Source: a bacterium
GTDB taxonomy: Bacteria > Patescibacteriota > Patescibacteriia > UBA9934 > GWF2-40-263
DNA length: 39,609 bases
NCBI GenBank assembly: GCA_020051955.1
Contig: JAGVQB010000047.1
Location: 1-39,609 of the forward strand
Direction of reading: 5' to 3'
In this document: positions 28,879-38,890 of the stretch, piece by piece
How positions within the stretch are numbered: position 1 is the first letter of the stretch
Layout: every line of letters begins with the position of its first letter
The notes under the pieces: model-generated
Databases searched by the model: none
What the model was told of the DNA's origin: nothing
The model's input: only the letters and a program-made list of their open reading frames with translations
Translations under genes and position numbers: made by a program

Positions 28879-28902
28879 TCACACAATGTGGAAAAGTTAT
28901 TT

Positions 28903-30825
28903 TCATTTACCATAAAGGAACCACCAACTAAACAACTCGCGTGCAAGCGGAACAGCCGCATCAGTACTCTCACCGCCTTCTTCGATAAGAACTACCAGGG
29001 TCAGGGTCGGATTTTCGTATGGAGCAAAACCCGTAAACCAGGAATGAAACGGAAGATCGCCTGGTGTTTGTGCTGTCCCTGTCTTTCCTGCCACAGATTC
29101 CGCAAGACCATTCAGCGACCTCGCGCTTCCAGTGCTTACAGTTTGCCTCATTCCCTCTCTAACAACACGCAAGGCTTCTTCGTTCAGGCCATCAATCGGT
29201 TCGACTAACACTTCGCCTTCAACCACACTTGGAGTGACTTTATACCCGCCGTTAGCGATAACTGATGTCGCGACAGCCATTTGAAGTGGTGTTGTTAAAA
29301 AATCCCCTTGTCCAATCGCGTAATGGTACGTATCACCAACATACCAGCGTTCACCTTTTACAGATTCTTTCCATTCCTTTGACGGCAAAAAACCATCGGT
29401 CTCGCCAGGCAAATCAATTCCAGTTTTAGAACCGAATCCGAATCGTCTCGCGTAATCACTAATACGTTCGACTCCTAGTCCAGTAACTTGATCGAGTCCT
29501 CCACCAATGATGTAAAAATAAGTATTCACCGATTCTGCTATAGCCTTTCGTACGTCTGTGACACCGTGACCGCCCTCTTTCCAATCAGGAAAAAACCACT
29601 GTCCGATTCTGACGCCACCAGTAGAAACGAAAGATGAGTGCTCCCCAACGATTTTTTCAGCGAGAGCCGCGTAGGCCACAAACGGTTTAAATATGGATCC
29701 AGATGGATATTCCCCAGCGATGGCTCGTGGAAAAAGTGGCTGGGCAGGATCTTCAAGAAGTTGTGCATACCTTGTGGCGTCAATTCCACCAATAAAATCA
29801 TTACTGTCAAACGTTGGTAAACTAACAAGAGCGCGAATTTTTCCACTTGCTGGATCCATAGCGATCACGGCGCCTTTTTGAGCGCCGATTCTTCGAAGTA
29901 ATACGTCAAGTCGTTCCGCAATGTACTTCTGAAAAGCTCCATCAATACACAACGTGATGTCAGCGCCCTGAATTGGATTTTCTTTTGAGACAATACTTAA
30001 TCGTCTTCCTCGGGCGTCAACCTCGTAAATCAACTTTCCTGGAGTACCACGCAGCTGTGTTTCATACCAACGTTCTATTCCTGATTTCCCTACATCATCG
30101 ATCAGACGATAATCGTCTTGAGAGTACTCTTCAAGATCCTGGACACTAACACCGCCAGTAAAACCAAGTACGTGGGAAAGAGATGGAATTGTTGGAGTAT
30201 ACAGGCGCTTATTTTTTGTTTTTAATTCAAAACCATCAAAACTGGCTATGTCCACCGCGATTCGCATTGCCGCGTCATAATCCAACGAATCAATAACTGG
30301 AACTGGATCATGTGGTGTGGATGATTTTAATGAGTAAAGTAATTCTAAATCGATCGGATTTAATCCAATAATTTTAGAGACTTCGTAAAAAATGCCGTTG
30401 CGCTCGTCTTCCCCGCGCGGAAGCTTAGAAATTGTCATCGTAAGAATGAAGGCTGGTTCGTTCCACGCAAGCTGTTCACCGTCTCTGTCAAAAATCCGAC
30501 CACGTAACGGCACAACAAGTTCAGTTTGGTAACGATTCTTTGTCGCCAATTCCTGATAGTGTTGACCATTGACGATTTGTAACTGAATTGATCGAATTGC
30601 GAAACATAATATACAAACGATGGCTACAATTGTAACCGTACGGAATCGTTTAGAAGACACACAGCTATTGAGCGCCGGTGCTGGTCTAGCAGACCCGTTC
30701 TTGGTAGAGGCTGAACTCAAAAAGTGTTCTATCTCATTATGAACGTGTTTTGACCCAACGCTGGCTCCTGTGCCTTGCTGGAGTCGAAAGATTCTTGATG
30801 GTTGTTGTTTTCGAAAAAAAGTCAT
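28903..30825 (-). CDS. mrdA: Penicillin-binding protein 2
   Basis: TM anchor, RGRIFDR, SxxK (GSIFK), SxN (SVN), KTG; follows mreBCD. Confidence 0.95.
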   Translation of the reverse strand: MTFFRKQQPSRIFRLQQGTGASVGSKHVHNEIEHFLSSASTKNGSARPAPALNSCVSSKRFRTVTIVAIVCILCFAIRSIQLQIVNGQHYQELATKNRYQTELVVPLRGRIFDRDGEQLAWNEPAFILTMTISKLPRGEDERNGIFYEVSKIIGLNPIDLELLYSLKSSTPHDPVPVIDSLDYDAAMRIAVDIASFDGFELKTKNKRLYTPTIPSLSHVLGFTGGVSVQDLEEYSQDDYRLIDDVGKSGIERWYETQLRGTPGKLIYEVDARGRRLSIVSKENPIQGADITLCIDGAFQKYIAERLDVLLRRIGAQKGAVIAMDPASGKIRALVSLPTFDSNDFIGGIDATRYAQLLEDPAQPLFPRAIAGEYPSGSIFKPFVAYAALAEKIVGEHSSFVSTGGVRIGQWFFPDWKEGGHGVTDVRKAIAESVNTYFYIIGGGLDQVTGLGVERISDYARRFGFGSKTGIDLPGETDGFLPSKEWKESVKGERWYVGDTYHYAIGQGDFLTTPLQMAVATSVIANGGYKVTPSVVEGEVLVEPIDGLNEEALRVVREGMRQTVSTGSARSLNGLAESVAGKTGTAQTPGDLPFHSWFTGFAPYENPTLTLVVLIEEGGESTDAAVPLARELFSWWFLYGK

Positions 30826-30829
30826 TGCA

Positions 30830-31342
30830 CTAAATCGGCAAAAGAAGTTGAATTAATCTACGGGTAGGATTAGCTAGTGGAAAGAGTAGAAGTAATATCG
30901 GGAGAGAAAGCATTGCGCCAAAAAGTCGGACGGTAAAAATTCCTATTGAATCCAAAACATTCGAAAAAAACATAACAAAAAATATCGCGATTACCATCTC
31001 AACAATCGCTACTGTGATCAAGCCGAGGATCGTGGTTGCCGCCAATCCGTAATAAGAGTGATTTGAAAATAAGTGTCTTGACGCAAGGAAAATACATATC
31101 GCGGAAATTGAGTACGCCACCGTCTCAATTGGTATTGCGCCGATCCCCAACAAATCAAGAAAAGCGCCCTCAAGTACAACCCACCAAATAGCCCCTGATA
31201 CAGATACGTACTGGAAAAGAAAAACAGAGCAAACAAAAATAAGAGGTATCATACAAAAGGGTTGGGGCAAGGAATTGATGAAACTGACCTGCAACACGAT
31301 CAATAGTATGAACGCGAGAATTGATGCAAAAAAACGGATCAT
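30830..31342 (-). CDS. mreD: Rod shape-determining protein MreD-like
   Basis: Fully hydrophobic 170 aa with LQVSF and GAFLDL; located between mreC and mrdA. Confidence 0.7.
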   Translation of the reverse strand: MIRFFASILAFILLIVLQVSFINSLPQPFCMIPLIFVCSVFLFQYVSVSGAIWWVVLEGAFLDLLGIGAIPIETVAYSISAICIFLASRHLFSNHSYYGLAATTILGLITVAIVEMVIAIFFVMFFSNVLDSIGIFTVRLFGAMLSLPILLLLFPLANPTRRLIQLLLPI

Positions 31343-32139
31343 AGTATCTCTTGTGTCAGGATGATAACAGAAGACAAAAGACGCATATCGATCAATGGTT
31401 CGACAACAGCCGATTTAAACAAACTAGCTTCATCTTGCTCAACGGCGTTTACGATTCCAACAATTAGTCCGCTTGGGACACTTGCCTCAAGCCCCGATGT
31501 CACGACGATGTCATTAATTGAGATGGACTCATCCAGCGGAATAAATGAAATCGAAAGAAGCCCACTTTGTGTGCCTCGCGCAATCCCGATTGTCTGGTGC
31601 TCGTTTACGAGGCTAACTGCCGTGGCGTGATCTGGGTCTGAAATTGTCACAACTGTAGATGAGTTTGATGTAACCTTAACAACCTTTCCCACTAAGACAC
31701 CCTGGTCAGCAACAACCGGATCATTAATTTTGACACCCTGTACGCTACCTGCGTTGACCACGAACCGACTCACTGTATTTTCAAGACTTTTTGCTAGGAT
31801 TTTAGCAGACACAAAGGGAGACTCTGTTCGTTCGATAAATCCAACCATCTGTTTCAATTCGTTGTTTTCTTTCTTTAGTCTTTCAAACTCAACACGATCC
31901 AAAGCTAAGTGTTCAAGAGTTTCAGAGATCTCTTTTAATTCACTCGGAGTGATCTCTTGCGAATTATTGAACCAATACGTGGAATTATAAATACCTGTGC
32001 CAATACGAGTGAAGAAGCCCGCGACAGGTGAAATAAAAAGAGCGGCAAGACCTGGAAAAATAACAAATATCAAAAAAATGAGTGCAACGAAATAAAACGA
32101 CAACAACCGCCTACGTTTTCCCATTGGGAAGACGCGCAT
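31339..32139 (-). CDS. mreC: Rod shape-determining protein MreC
   Basis: TM, LKKENNELK coiled coil, GVLVGKV, VVTSGL, PSGLIVG. Confidence 0.93.
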   Translation of the reverse strand: MRVFPMGKRRRLLSFYFVALIFLIFVIFPGLAALFISPVAGFFTRIGTGIYNSTYWFNNSQEITPSELKEISETLEHLALDRVEFERLKKENNELKQMVGFIERTESPFVSAKILAKSLENTVSRFVVNAGSVQGVKINDPVVADQGVLVGKVVKVTSNSSTVVTISDPDHATAVSLVNEHQTIGIARGTQSGLLSISFIPLDESISINDIVVTSGLEASVPSGLIVGIVNAVEQDEASLFKSAVVEPLIDMRLLSSVIILTQEIL

Positions 32140-32145
32140 AAATTT

Positions 32146-33198
32146 TTAAATTATACTGCCCTCGCTCGCGGATGGCAGTGAGATATCCTTGAGTAGATTT
32201 TCATTTTCAAGAAGCATCCCAGCTCCTCGAACCACACAGGTCAAAGGATCTTCCGCGACACGCACTGGCACGGATGCTTGACGAGATATCAGCGTATCAA
32301 TGCCTCTTAGTAGAGCGCCGCCGCCAGTAAGCACGACACCGCGTTCGTATATATCGGCAACAAGTTCTGGTGGGGTCATTTCAAGCGTTGCCTTTACGTT
32401 TTCGACAATTATTCGGACTGAACGCGCGAGAGCTTCGCGTACCTGCGTGTCCGTTATCATTATTTCCTTTGGCAACCCAGTTAACAGATCTCGACCGCGC
32501 ATTTCCATTTCCATTGGTTCCTCAAGTTCGATGGCGCTTCCTATTCGCATCTTGATTCGTTCCGCGATTCGTTCTCCCAAAACAAGATTAAACTGCTCAC
32601 GCGCGTATTGAATAATATTTTTGTTCATTTCTTCACCGGCAATTTCAAGTGACTTCCACGTGACAACGCCTGCCAGTGACATAACCGCTATTTCAGTCGT
32701 GCCACCACCGATGTCTACCACCATCATTCCAACAGATTCAGAAAGAGGAAGCCTGGCGCCAAGCGCCGCGAGCATTGAGTTTTCAACCAGATGAACCTTG
32801 CGCGCGCCCGCGGAGAGAGCGGCGTCTTCGATTGCTTTTCGCTCAACTTCCGTTGTCTCAAGCGGAACACCGATTACAATTGTTGGACGGGGGATAAATG
32901 TAAACGACTCTTCATGAACACGATCAATGAAATACTTTAACATCTTTTCTGTTACCTCAAAATCGGAAATGACCCCTTTTGTAAGCGGATGTGAGATTAA
33001 AATGTGTGGCGGCGTCTTTCCCATCATGTCCTTAGCATCCTTCCCGACAGAAAGAATTTGATCAGTTCTTGTATTTACAGCAACGACCGATGGCTCATCA
33101 ATTACAATGCCACCGTCTTTGGAATAGACCCTTGTGTTTGACGTGCCAAGGTCAATACCGAGGTCCTTTGAGAAGTGCCCAAGTATCTTGTTGAACAT
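32146..33198 (-). CDS. mreB: Rod shape-determining protein MreB
   Basis: GIDLGTSNT, EPSVVA, VDIGGGTTE, LTGGGALL. Confidence 0.97.
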   Translation of the reverse strand: MFNKILGHFSKDLGIDLGTSNTRVYSKDGGIVIDEPSVVAVNTRTDQILSVGKDAKDMMGKTPPHILISHPLTKGVISDFEVTEKMLKYFIDRVHEESFTFIPRPTIVIGVPLETTEVERKAIEDAALSAGARKVHLVENSMLAALGARLPLSESVGMMVVDIGGGTTEIAVMSLAGVVTWKSLEIAGEEMNKNIIQYAREQFNLVLGERIAERIKMRIGSAIELEEPMEMEMRGRDLLTGLPKEIMITDTQVREALARSVRIIVENVKATLEMTPPELVADIYERGVVLTGGGALLRGIDTLISRQASVPVRVAEDPLTCVVRGAGMLLENENLLKDISLPSASEGSII

Positions 33199-33279
33199 AC
33201 AAAAAAAGAGACCCTTAGGTCATTGATTCTACAGCAACAATTTATCAACAGCAAGCTAATTATTGGACAGTTTTAGTGT

Positions 33280-33660
33280 TCAATGACCATGCCTGCGCGA
33301 TTGTGTTATAAGTTCTAAAAGCCCCACAATAAGCACGCACAACAACATTGTCCACCAACGAAACCAACCTTGTGAAAACAAGCATAGAGACACTAAACAC
33401 AGACAAGTAAAAAGAAAAGCCTGTCTTGAAGCGTCAACTGTCACACGTTGCGCGATTGTGTCCTTATACCTCCAGAGTCTGACAAGAACTCCAAGGACAG
33501 AAAAAGTTCCAAACAACGAAATTGACAACGCCCCATAAAAAAGTAGGAAACCCAGAAATCCAGCTTGTGTTGGATCCACTCCATGCAAAACAAGTGTCCA
33601 CGCGATCCACGCGCCGGCAGTCGCGAGACTCATCAAAACAAGAAAGCTACGAAAATTCAT
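33280..33660 (-). CDS. Hypothetical four-TM membrane protein
   Basis: Four hydrophobic segments; overlaps the upstream gene in operon fashion. Confidence 0.7.
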   Translation of the reverse strand: MNFRSFLVLMSLATAGAWIAWTLVLHGVDPTQAGFLGFLLFYGALSISLFGTFSVLGVLVRLWRYKDTIAQRVTVDASRQAFLFTCLCLVSLCLFSQGWFRWWTMLLCVLIVGLLELITQSRRHGH

Positions 33661-33973
33661 ATTGAGGAGTTGGTCTTTGAAGTTTAATCGTAACTTTATT
33701 CATTGGAAGGGTCGGAAATTGCTGTTGCAGATTTGTCAGAAGTTCAGTCTCCTGACCTTTTATTGAAAAACGAGCTGCTGCTGTCTTTGCGGCTAAATGT
33801 ACGACCCCATCTTTATAAGAGATCGCAATAATGTCCTTTGACCTGGTTGAAGGCAGATAAGCTGGTAGAGCGCGATTTGCAGCCTCAACCACCATTGAAG
33901 CGTCCACTGATCGCATTATCCCCGCGCGCGTCAAAGAGCCAGAAAGCAGATTTCGAAGCGATGAAAGAGCCAT
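33647..33973 (-). CDS. DciA/DUF721-like protein (start placed at MALSSL)
   Basis: About 108 aa; ISYKDGVVHLAAKTAAARFSIKGQETELLTNL resembles the DUF721 core. Confidence 0.6.
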   Translation of the reverse strand: MALSSLRNLLSGSLTRAGIMRSVDASMVVEAANRALPAYLPSTRSKDIIAISYKDGVVHLAAKTAAARFSIKGQETELLTNLQQQFPTLPMNKVTIKLQRPTPQYEFS

Positions 33974-33993
33974 ACAAAAGTATTGTATCAGAC

Positions 33994-36921
33994 TTATTTT
34001 TCTCGAAATTCGCAAATGTCCGCAAAATCACAATAGCGGCATTGATAACCTGGAGATGGGTCAAATTTTGAATCACGAATTGTTTTTGCGCGATCCACAA
34101 TCATCTCTTGAAAATCCAACAAGTCTTCGTCGTTACCGAGAAACGACACGCAAGAATTATCTTGCAAGTAGTGATATGTAAGACGTTTGGGAATAAGGCC
34201 GAGGACATCGCGAGCAACAAGCTGATAAAGGAAAAGCTGTTCCTTATCTTCTTTTTCTAATTTTTGTTTTGGCGTGCCTGTTTTGTAATCAATAATCTCC
34301 ACACCATCTTCGAACGCGTCAATGCGATCTATCCTGCCTTTGATTACAACATCCCCGAGCTTCAGAGTAAACCCTGTCTCTATGAACAATGGCTTTGGTG
34401 TATTCACCTCCCAGCGCTTGTACAGCTCGCGTAGAGAATCCTTTCCCTGCTTGCGATATTTTTCTCGCTCATCATCATTTGTAAACCAGTCGTCTTGCCA
34501 GCACACTCGGTAATTCTCAAGTAGCTCATCAAGCGACACTGGCAATCCATCGTCGCTTTGTGCCACTGAAGTTTCAAACAGACTTGTTTGTTTTACTCCC
34601 GTGCGCTCAAGCCATAATCTAAAAAATCTTTCGAGTGTGTTGTGCATTGTTTTCCCGAACGAAAATGTCCACTTTCCCATCACAGGCACTTTGAGCACGT
34701 GAGCAAACTTGTACTGAAGCGGACAAGCGTTATAAGCCGCGAGTTGTGTAAATGAAAATTGCTTTGGCAATGGTATACAAGGCGCTGATTCGTCAGGCGC
34801 GGTAGTATCGTGGTCAATCAGTTCTAATGTGATTGGTTCGCGGATCGAAGGTTGTTGATAACCTAATTCGTGTAAAAATTGCGAAATTTTGCGCTTGCGG
34901 GTTCCGCCGTAATCATCTGCTGACGCGAAGAAAAGCCCCTCCTTCGCGCGTGTCATAGCAACGTAAAACAGTCGCCGCTCCTCTTCAATGTGCGCGTCCC
35001 CAACCTCTGGCGCTTTTACTCCGAGTCCTTCGGGCAATTCAATTGGATCTCGCATCGCGCGGGTTGGAAATTTTTGCGCGACCAGATTAACCACAAATAC
35101 ATAACGGAACTCCAACCCCTTTGACGCGTGAATCGTCATAATACGCACCATGTCAGGCCCAGCATCCAGGTCAACACTTAACGAACCTTCTTCTCCAGCG
35201 TCTCGTTCATGAGTAAACTCAATAAGAAAATTATGGAGGATTGGGTGTTCGTGCGCGCGTTCAAAAGATTTTAGACGCTCGTAAAATTGTTGAAGATGCC
35301 CGAACGATTCCATTTTCTGTCGCTCGCTGTCTTGATTAAGTCGCTCAAGATAGCCTGAATTTTTTGCGATCATCACAAACAACTCTGACACATTGCGAGA
35401 TATCGCGGCATGCTGGAACTCCTTAATTTTTGAAAGAATCCCGCGAATGACGGTTCTATCCCCTTCACATAATTCGTGCGCCATTTGTTCGTGTTCGCAA
35501 ATTTCAAACAAAGATTTCCCCTTTCGATTTGCAACGCGGTTGAGCTCAAAAATTGCTCGTTCTTGTAACCCGACGATTGGACTTGTTAAAAGACGATAGA
35601 AGCTTGGGCTATCAAATGGATTATCAACAACGCGCAAAAGCGCCAACATATCCAAGACGGCTGGCTTGGTATACAAACCAGAAAGAGCGAGAAATTGGTA
35701 AGGGATATTGTGTCGATCCATTGCGAGCGCGAAGTCAGTACCTGCCGCGTTAGACCGCACCAGTATCGCAAAGTCATTCCAAGATGTTTCTGGCTCACGT
35801 TCTCGTAGCTCAAGAATCTTTTTTACAACACTCGCCACCTCCTCCTCGCTCGTTGACGAATGCAAGTGTTCAATAAAACCATCGAACGATTGGGTTGAGA
35901 CAAGCTTCTTTGACAAGGTATTTACAGAGGCCTCCAATCGGTTTGGATTGTTGTGCTGAATAAAAGCGTGGGCAGTATCCAATATGTTTTGCGCTGACCG
36001 ATAGTTTGCTGTCAACACAACGCGTTTGGCTTGCGGATAATCAGCTTCAAAGCGAAGTATGTTCGCAAGCGACGCGCCACGAAAGCGGTAAATTGATTGG
36101 TCATCATCTCCCACGACTGTCAGATTATTGAGAGGCAACGCGATCTCGCGGACAATTTCATACTGCGCGTCGTTTGTATCCTGAAACTCATCAACCAAAA
36201 CATATTTGTAACGACCACGGATGTGATCGCGCACTTTTGGTCGTTCACGCAACAATTTTAGCGTGTAAAGCATCAGGTCGCCGAAATCCAAACAATCGTT
36301 TTCAAGAAGTATTTGTTGGTATGTCGTGTAAGCACCAGCGAGTTCCTCAAGACGCTTTAGCTCGCTTGTTGACTCATCATCTGACTGTGCCGCGTCCAAG
36401 TTCGCACGCTGATCCTCAACGTATTTCAAATAATGTTCTGGATCAACGCCAACGTCCTTGGCGCGCGAAAAGTGTGTGAGCAACGATCGAATATATTTTG
36501 TCGGGTTGCCAAGCGGGCGGAAATAGTCGAGCTTAAAGCGGTCAAAATTCTTGCGCGCCAACAACCAAGCGTCCAATTCGCTTACAACACGGAAGTCGCG
36601 CGACAATCCGATCTCCACGCCGTAATCGCGTAAAAGTTTTTCTGCGAACGCGTGGAAGGTGGAGATTTGAAGTTCCACATATCCATATGGCAACAATCTA
36701 TCCACGCGCTCTTCCATCTCGCTTGCCGCCTTTTCTGTAAACGTGAGCGCCAAAATCTCCTCTGGTTTTGCAAGTCCTTGCTCAATGAGCCAGGCAATAC
36801 GGTGCGTGATAACCATTGTCTTTCCAGTTCCAGCACCCGCCACAATCATCAATGGCCCGGTGACGTGAGTAACAGCTTGCGCCTGCTCTTGGTTCAGTTT
36901 TTCAAGGAGGTTGGTGATCAT
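33994..36921 (-). CDS. UvrD/PcrA-family SF1 helicase fused to C-terminal PD-(D/E)xK nuclease with Fe-S cysteines (AdnAB/AddAB-like; start placed at MITNLL)
   Basis: AGAGTGKT, VDEFQD, VGDDDQSIYRFRGA, TIHASKGLEF, EERRLFYVAMTRA; then CPLQY, GRIDRID, IIDYKTG, CRYCDFADIC. Confidence 0.93.
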   Translation of the reverse strand: MITNLLEKLNQEQAQAVTHVTGPLMIVAGAGTGKTMVITHRIAWLIEQGLAKPEEILALTFTEKAASEMEERVDRLLPYGYVELQISTFHAFAEKLLRDYGVEIGLSRDFRVVSELDAWLLARKNFDRFKLDYFRPLGNPTKYIRSLLTHFSRAKDVGVDPEHYLKYVEDQRANLDAAQSDDESTSELKRLEELAGAYTTYQQILLENDCLDFGDLMLYTLKLLRERPKVRDHIRGRYKYVLVDEFQDTNDAQYEIVREIALPLNNLTVVGDDDQSIYRFRGASLANILRFEADYPQAKRVVLTANYRSAQNILDTAHAFIQHNNPNRLEASVNTLSKKLVSTQSFDGFIEHLHSSTSEEEVASVVKKILELREREPETSWNDFAILVRSNAAGTDFALAMDRHNIPYQFLALSGLYTKPAVLDMLALLRVVDNPFDSPSFYRLLTSPIVGLQERAIFELNRVANRKGKSLFEICEHEQMAHELCEGDRTVIRGILSKIKEFQHAAISRNVSELFVMIAKNSGYLERLNQDSERQKMESFGHLQQFYERLKSFERAHEHPILHNFLIEFTHERDAGEEGSLSVDLDAGPDMVRIMTIHASKGLEFRYVFVVNLVAQKFPTRAMRDPIELPEGLGVKAPEVGDAHIEEERRLFYVAMTRAKEGLFFASADDYGGTRKRKISQFLHELGYQQPSIREPITLELIDHDTTAPDESAPCIPLPKQFSFTQLAAYNACPLQYKFAHVLKVPVMGKWTFSFGKTMHNTLERFFRLWLERTGVKQTSLFETSVAQSDDGLPVSLDELLENYRVCWQDDWFTNDDEREKYRKQGKDSLRELYKRWEVNTPKPLFIETGFTLKLGDVVIKGRIDRIDAFEDGVEIIDYKTGTPKQKLEKEDKEQLFLYQLVARDVLGLIPKRLTYHYLQDNSCVSFLGNDEDLLDFQEMIVDRAKTIRDSKFDPSPGYQCRYCDFADICEFREK

Positions 36922-37049
36922 AGTCGGTGATATGGTATCACAATTCCAGGCTGTTTGACGGATGACAAAGGGTCTGTAAAAATTGTGGCTGAGGAAATTC
37001 CCCTCCTCCACCAAGGGGGGAGATTAACAACTTCATCAAGGAGGATGCA

Positions 37050-37283
37050 GTGAACGAACAGACGATCACAACAAGCCAAGTCGCCGAGCTTCTACTTGCT
37101 CAAGGTCGTCGAGCCCTCGCGTTTCGGCTAGAGCTCATCGCGTTGCTTGAGCGCGAGCGACCAGATCTCATCGAAGTAGACAAGATGCCCATGGGGGAAC
37201 TCGTTGGGCATGTGATCAAGCTGGAGTTGGATACCGACCCGCTTGGAAGTACCACTCAGACGATCCTCTCGATCGAAGCATAG
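37050..37283 (+). CDS. Small hypothetical protein
   Basis: Strong RBS AAGGAGG (37038-37044) before a GTG start; terminator downstream. Confidence 0.6.
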   Translation: MNEQTITTSQVAELLLAQGRRALAFRLELIALLERERPDLIEVDKMPMGELVGHVIKLELDTDPLGSTTQTILSIEA

Positions 37284-37295
37284 CCCCTATTTCTC

Positions 37296-37328
37296 AAGGG
37301 TTTCCGCACGACACGGAAACTCTTTTTT
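37296..37328 (+). terminator. Intrinsic terminator
   Basis: AAGGGTTTCCG-CACGACA-CGGAAACTCTT followed by a T run. Confidence 0.75.
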
Positions 37329-37346
37329 CATATCCAATATCTTCAT

Positions 37347-37493
37347 GGCACTGACACAATGCTAAATATCAGCCCCCGGGAGCATTGTCCCTCGCTACCC
37401 ACGAACCCATGCCGGCAATTCAACATTGCTCCAACCTACCAACCCTCAACCCCTGGGGCGACCAGGGTTGATATTTAGCATTGTGTCAGTGCC
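37347..37493. mobile_element. 147-bp MITE-like element with perfect 25-bp terminal inverted repeats
   Basis: GGCACTGACACAATGCTAAATATCA (37347-37371) and TGATATTTAGCATTGTGTCAGTGCC (37469-37493); non-coding interior; no target-site duplication seen. Confidence 0.6.
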
Positions 37494-37570
37494 GCACCCT
37501 TTTTCCCTTGACGGAATCGCTAAAAAGCTGTAAAGATTTGGTGCCACTTGTGGCGAAAACGGAGGACGAC

Positions 37571-38890
37571 ATGGCGTTCATTCCAGCGCGTCAGCAACAG
37601 TTTCTGGACGTGAGGGTTACCCTCGGACGGGCAGTGACTCTGTGCGTGCCCCCAGCAGTGCGTGTTCAGGTTCTCGTGGAGACCGCGCCGTGCTCGAAGT
37701 TGTCGGACGCGAAGGTCGACACTCGGCTCGTGGTGGATCGCTCAAGTTCCATGGCGGAGCAAGCAGGTCAAGGCTTGACCAAGATTGCGTTGGCACAGCA
37801 GGCGCTCAAGGCGTTCTGCGACCAAATGCGATCGGGCGATCGAGTCCTCCTCGCAAGCTTCAACGAGCGTGGAAGCCTGGACGTACCCCATTCGCAAGCG
37901 GATATGTTCGGTCTTGAGAAGCACCGCCTTGCCAAGGCGATCGGACGCCTGCAAGCCAATGGCAATACTTTCATCAGCGAGGCGCTGGACTTCGCTCTGG
38001 ATCCCAACGCGGCGAGCGGAACTGTCCCCAGGGTCTTCCTGTTCACGGACGGCGAGTCGACGATAGATGTCGCAAGGGATCACGCGCGTCTGGTCGAGCT
38101 TGCTGATGTCGCGCGCGCTTCCAACGTCCCGCTTGCCATCTACGGCACTGGCATCCGGTACAACTGGAGCCTGCTCCAACAGCTGGCAATCCGCGCTGGC
38201 AACGGGTCCTTCTGCAAGCACGTCTCCAACGTCGCGGAGCTGGAGGGCCACCTGCTTGGCGAGCTCGCGTTCATGCGCGGCACAGCGATCGAACAGCTTC
38301 GCGTGTCAGGCTCGACCAAGAGCGGCGTCAACATCGTCAGCGTCACTGTGATGGCGCCGATGATTCGTGAGCTTCCCAACCGCGATGTCGAACACGAAGC
38401 CCCGGACTTCTTCATCCCGCGAATGTTCCAGGACTCGGCAGGTTCCCTGGATGTTCACCGAGGTCAGCAGTACCTCATCGAGATGGAGGTTGTGAGTCCA
38501 AAGCCAGGAACCCTGGATCTCATCAAGATCCTTTTCGGTGGCAAGATCCTGGCAACCCGGGTTCCACTCACCGAGTCCGTGGAGGTGCGAGCCACGTTCA
38601 CACAGGATCCTGGACAAGAGTCCCCTGTTGACCCTCGCGTGATGCAGGTCGTCACAATGATGGCCGGCGCCAAGGCGGCACATGCCGGAAAGTACGACCG
38701 TGCGAGTGACTTGTTCGCACGGGCTGGCGACCCAAGGACATCAGAGGCGATGAAGACGCTTCACCAGATGTCCGTCGGAAGAGGTCCAGATGAGGACATC
38801 AGACGTACGGGATGTACGTCAGTGGATGATTCCATTTGCACGTCGTTGGGACCAATTGATGCCCTGCGACGCGGACGAGGAGACAAGTGA
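37571..38890 (+). CDS. von Willebrand factor A domain protein with intact MIDAS
   Basis: RBS GGAGG at 37561 before ATG 37571; VVDRSSSM (DxSxS), NGNTFISEAL (T), FLFTDGE (D); beta-rich region and helical C-terminal tail. Confidence 0.88.
   Translation: MAFIPARQQQFLDVRVTLGRAVTLCVPPAVRVQVLVETAPCSKLSDAKVDTRLVVDRSSSMAEQAGQGLTKIALAQQALKAFCDQMRSGDRVLLASFNERGSLDVPHSQADMFGLEKHRLAKAIGRLQANGNTFISEALDFALDPNAASGTVPRVFLFTDGESTIDVARDHARLVELADVARASNVPLAIYGTGIRYNWSLLQQLAIRAGNGSFCKHVSNVAELEGHLLGELAFMRGTAIEQLRVSGSTKSGVNIVSVTVMAPMIRELPNRDVEHEAPDFFIPRMFQDSAGSLDVHRGQQYLIEMEVVSPKPGTLDLIKILFGGKILATRVPLTESVEVRATFTQDPGQESPVDPRVMQVVTMMAGAKAAHAGKYDRASDLFARAGDPRTSEAMKTLHQMSVGRGPDEDIRRTGCTSVDDSICTSLGPIDALRRGRGDK

Noticed and set aside
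36922-37014. N-terminal extension of the helicase ORF (likewise 37481-37570 for the vWA ORF)
   Set aside because: The extensions cross intergenic hairpins or the inverted-repeat element; downstream ATGs fit the domain start or RBS better.
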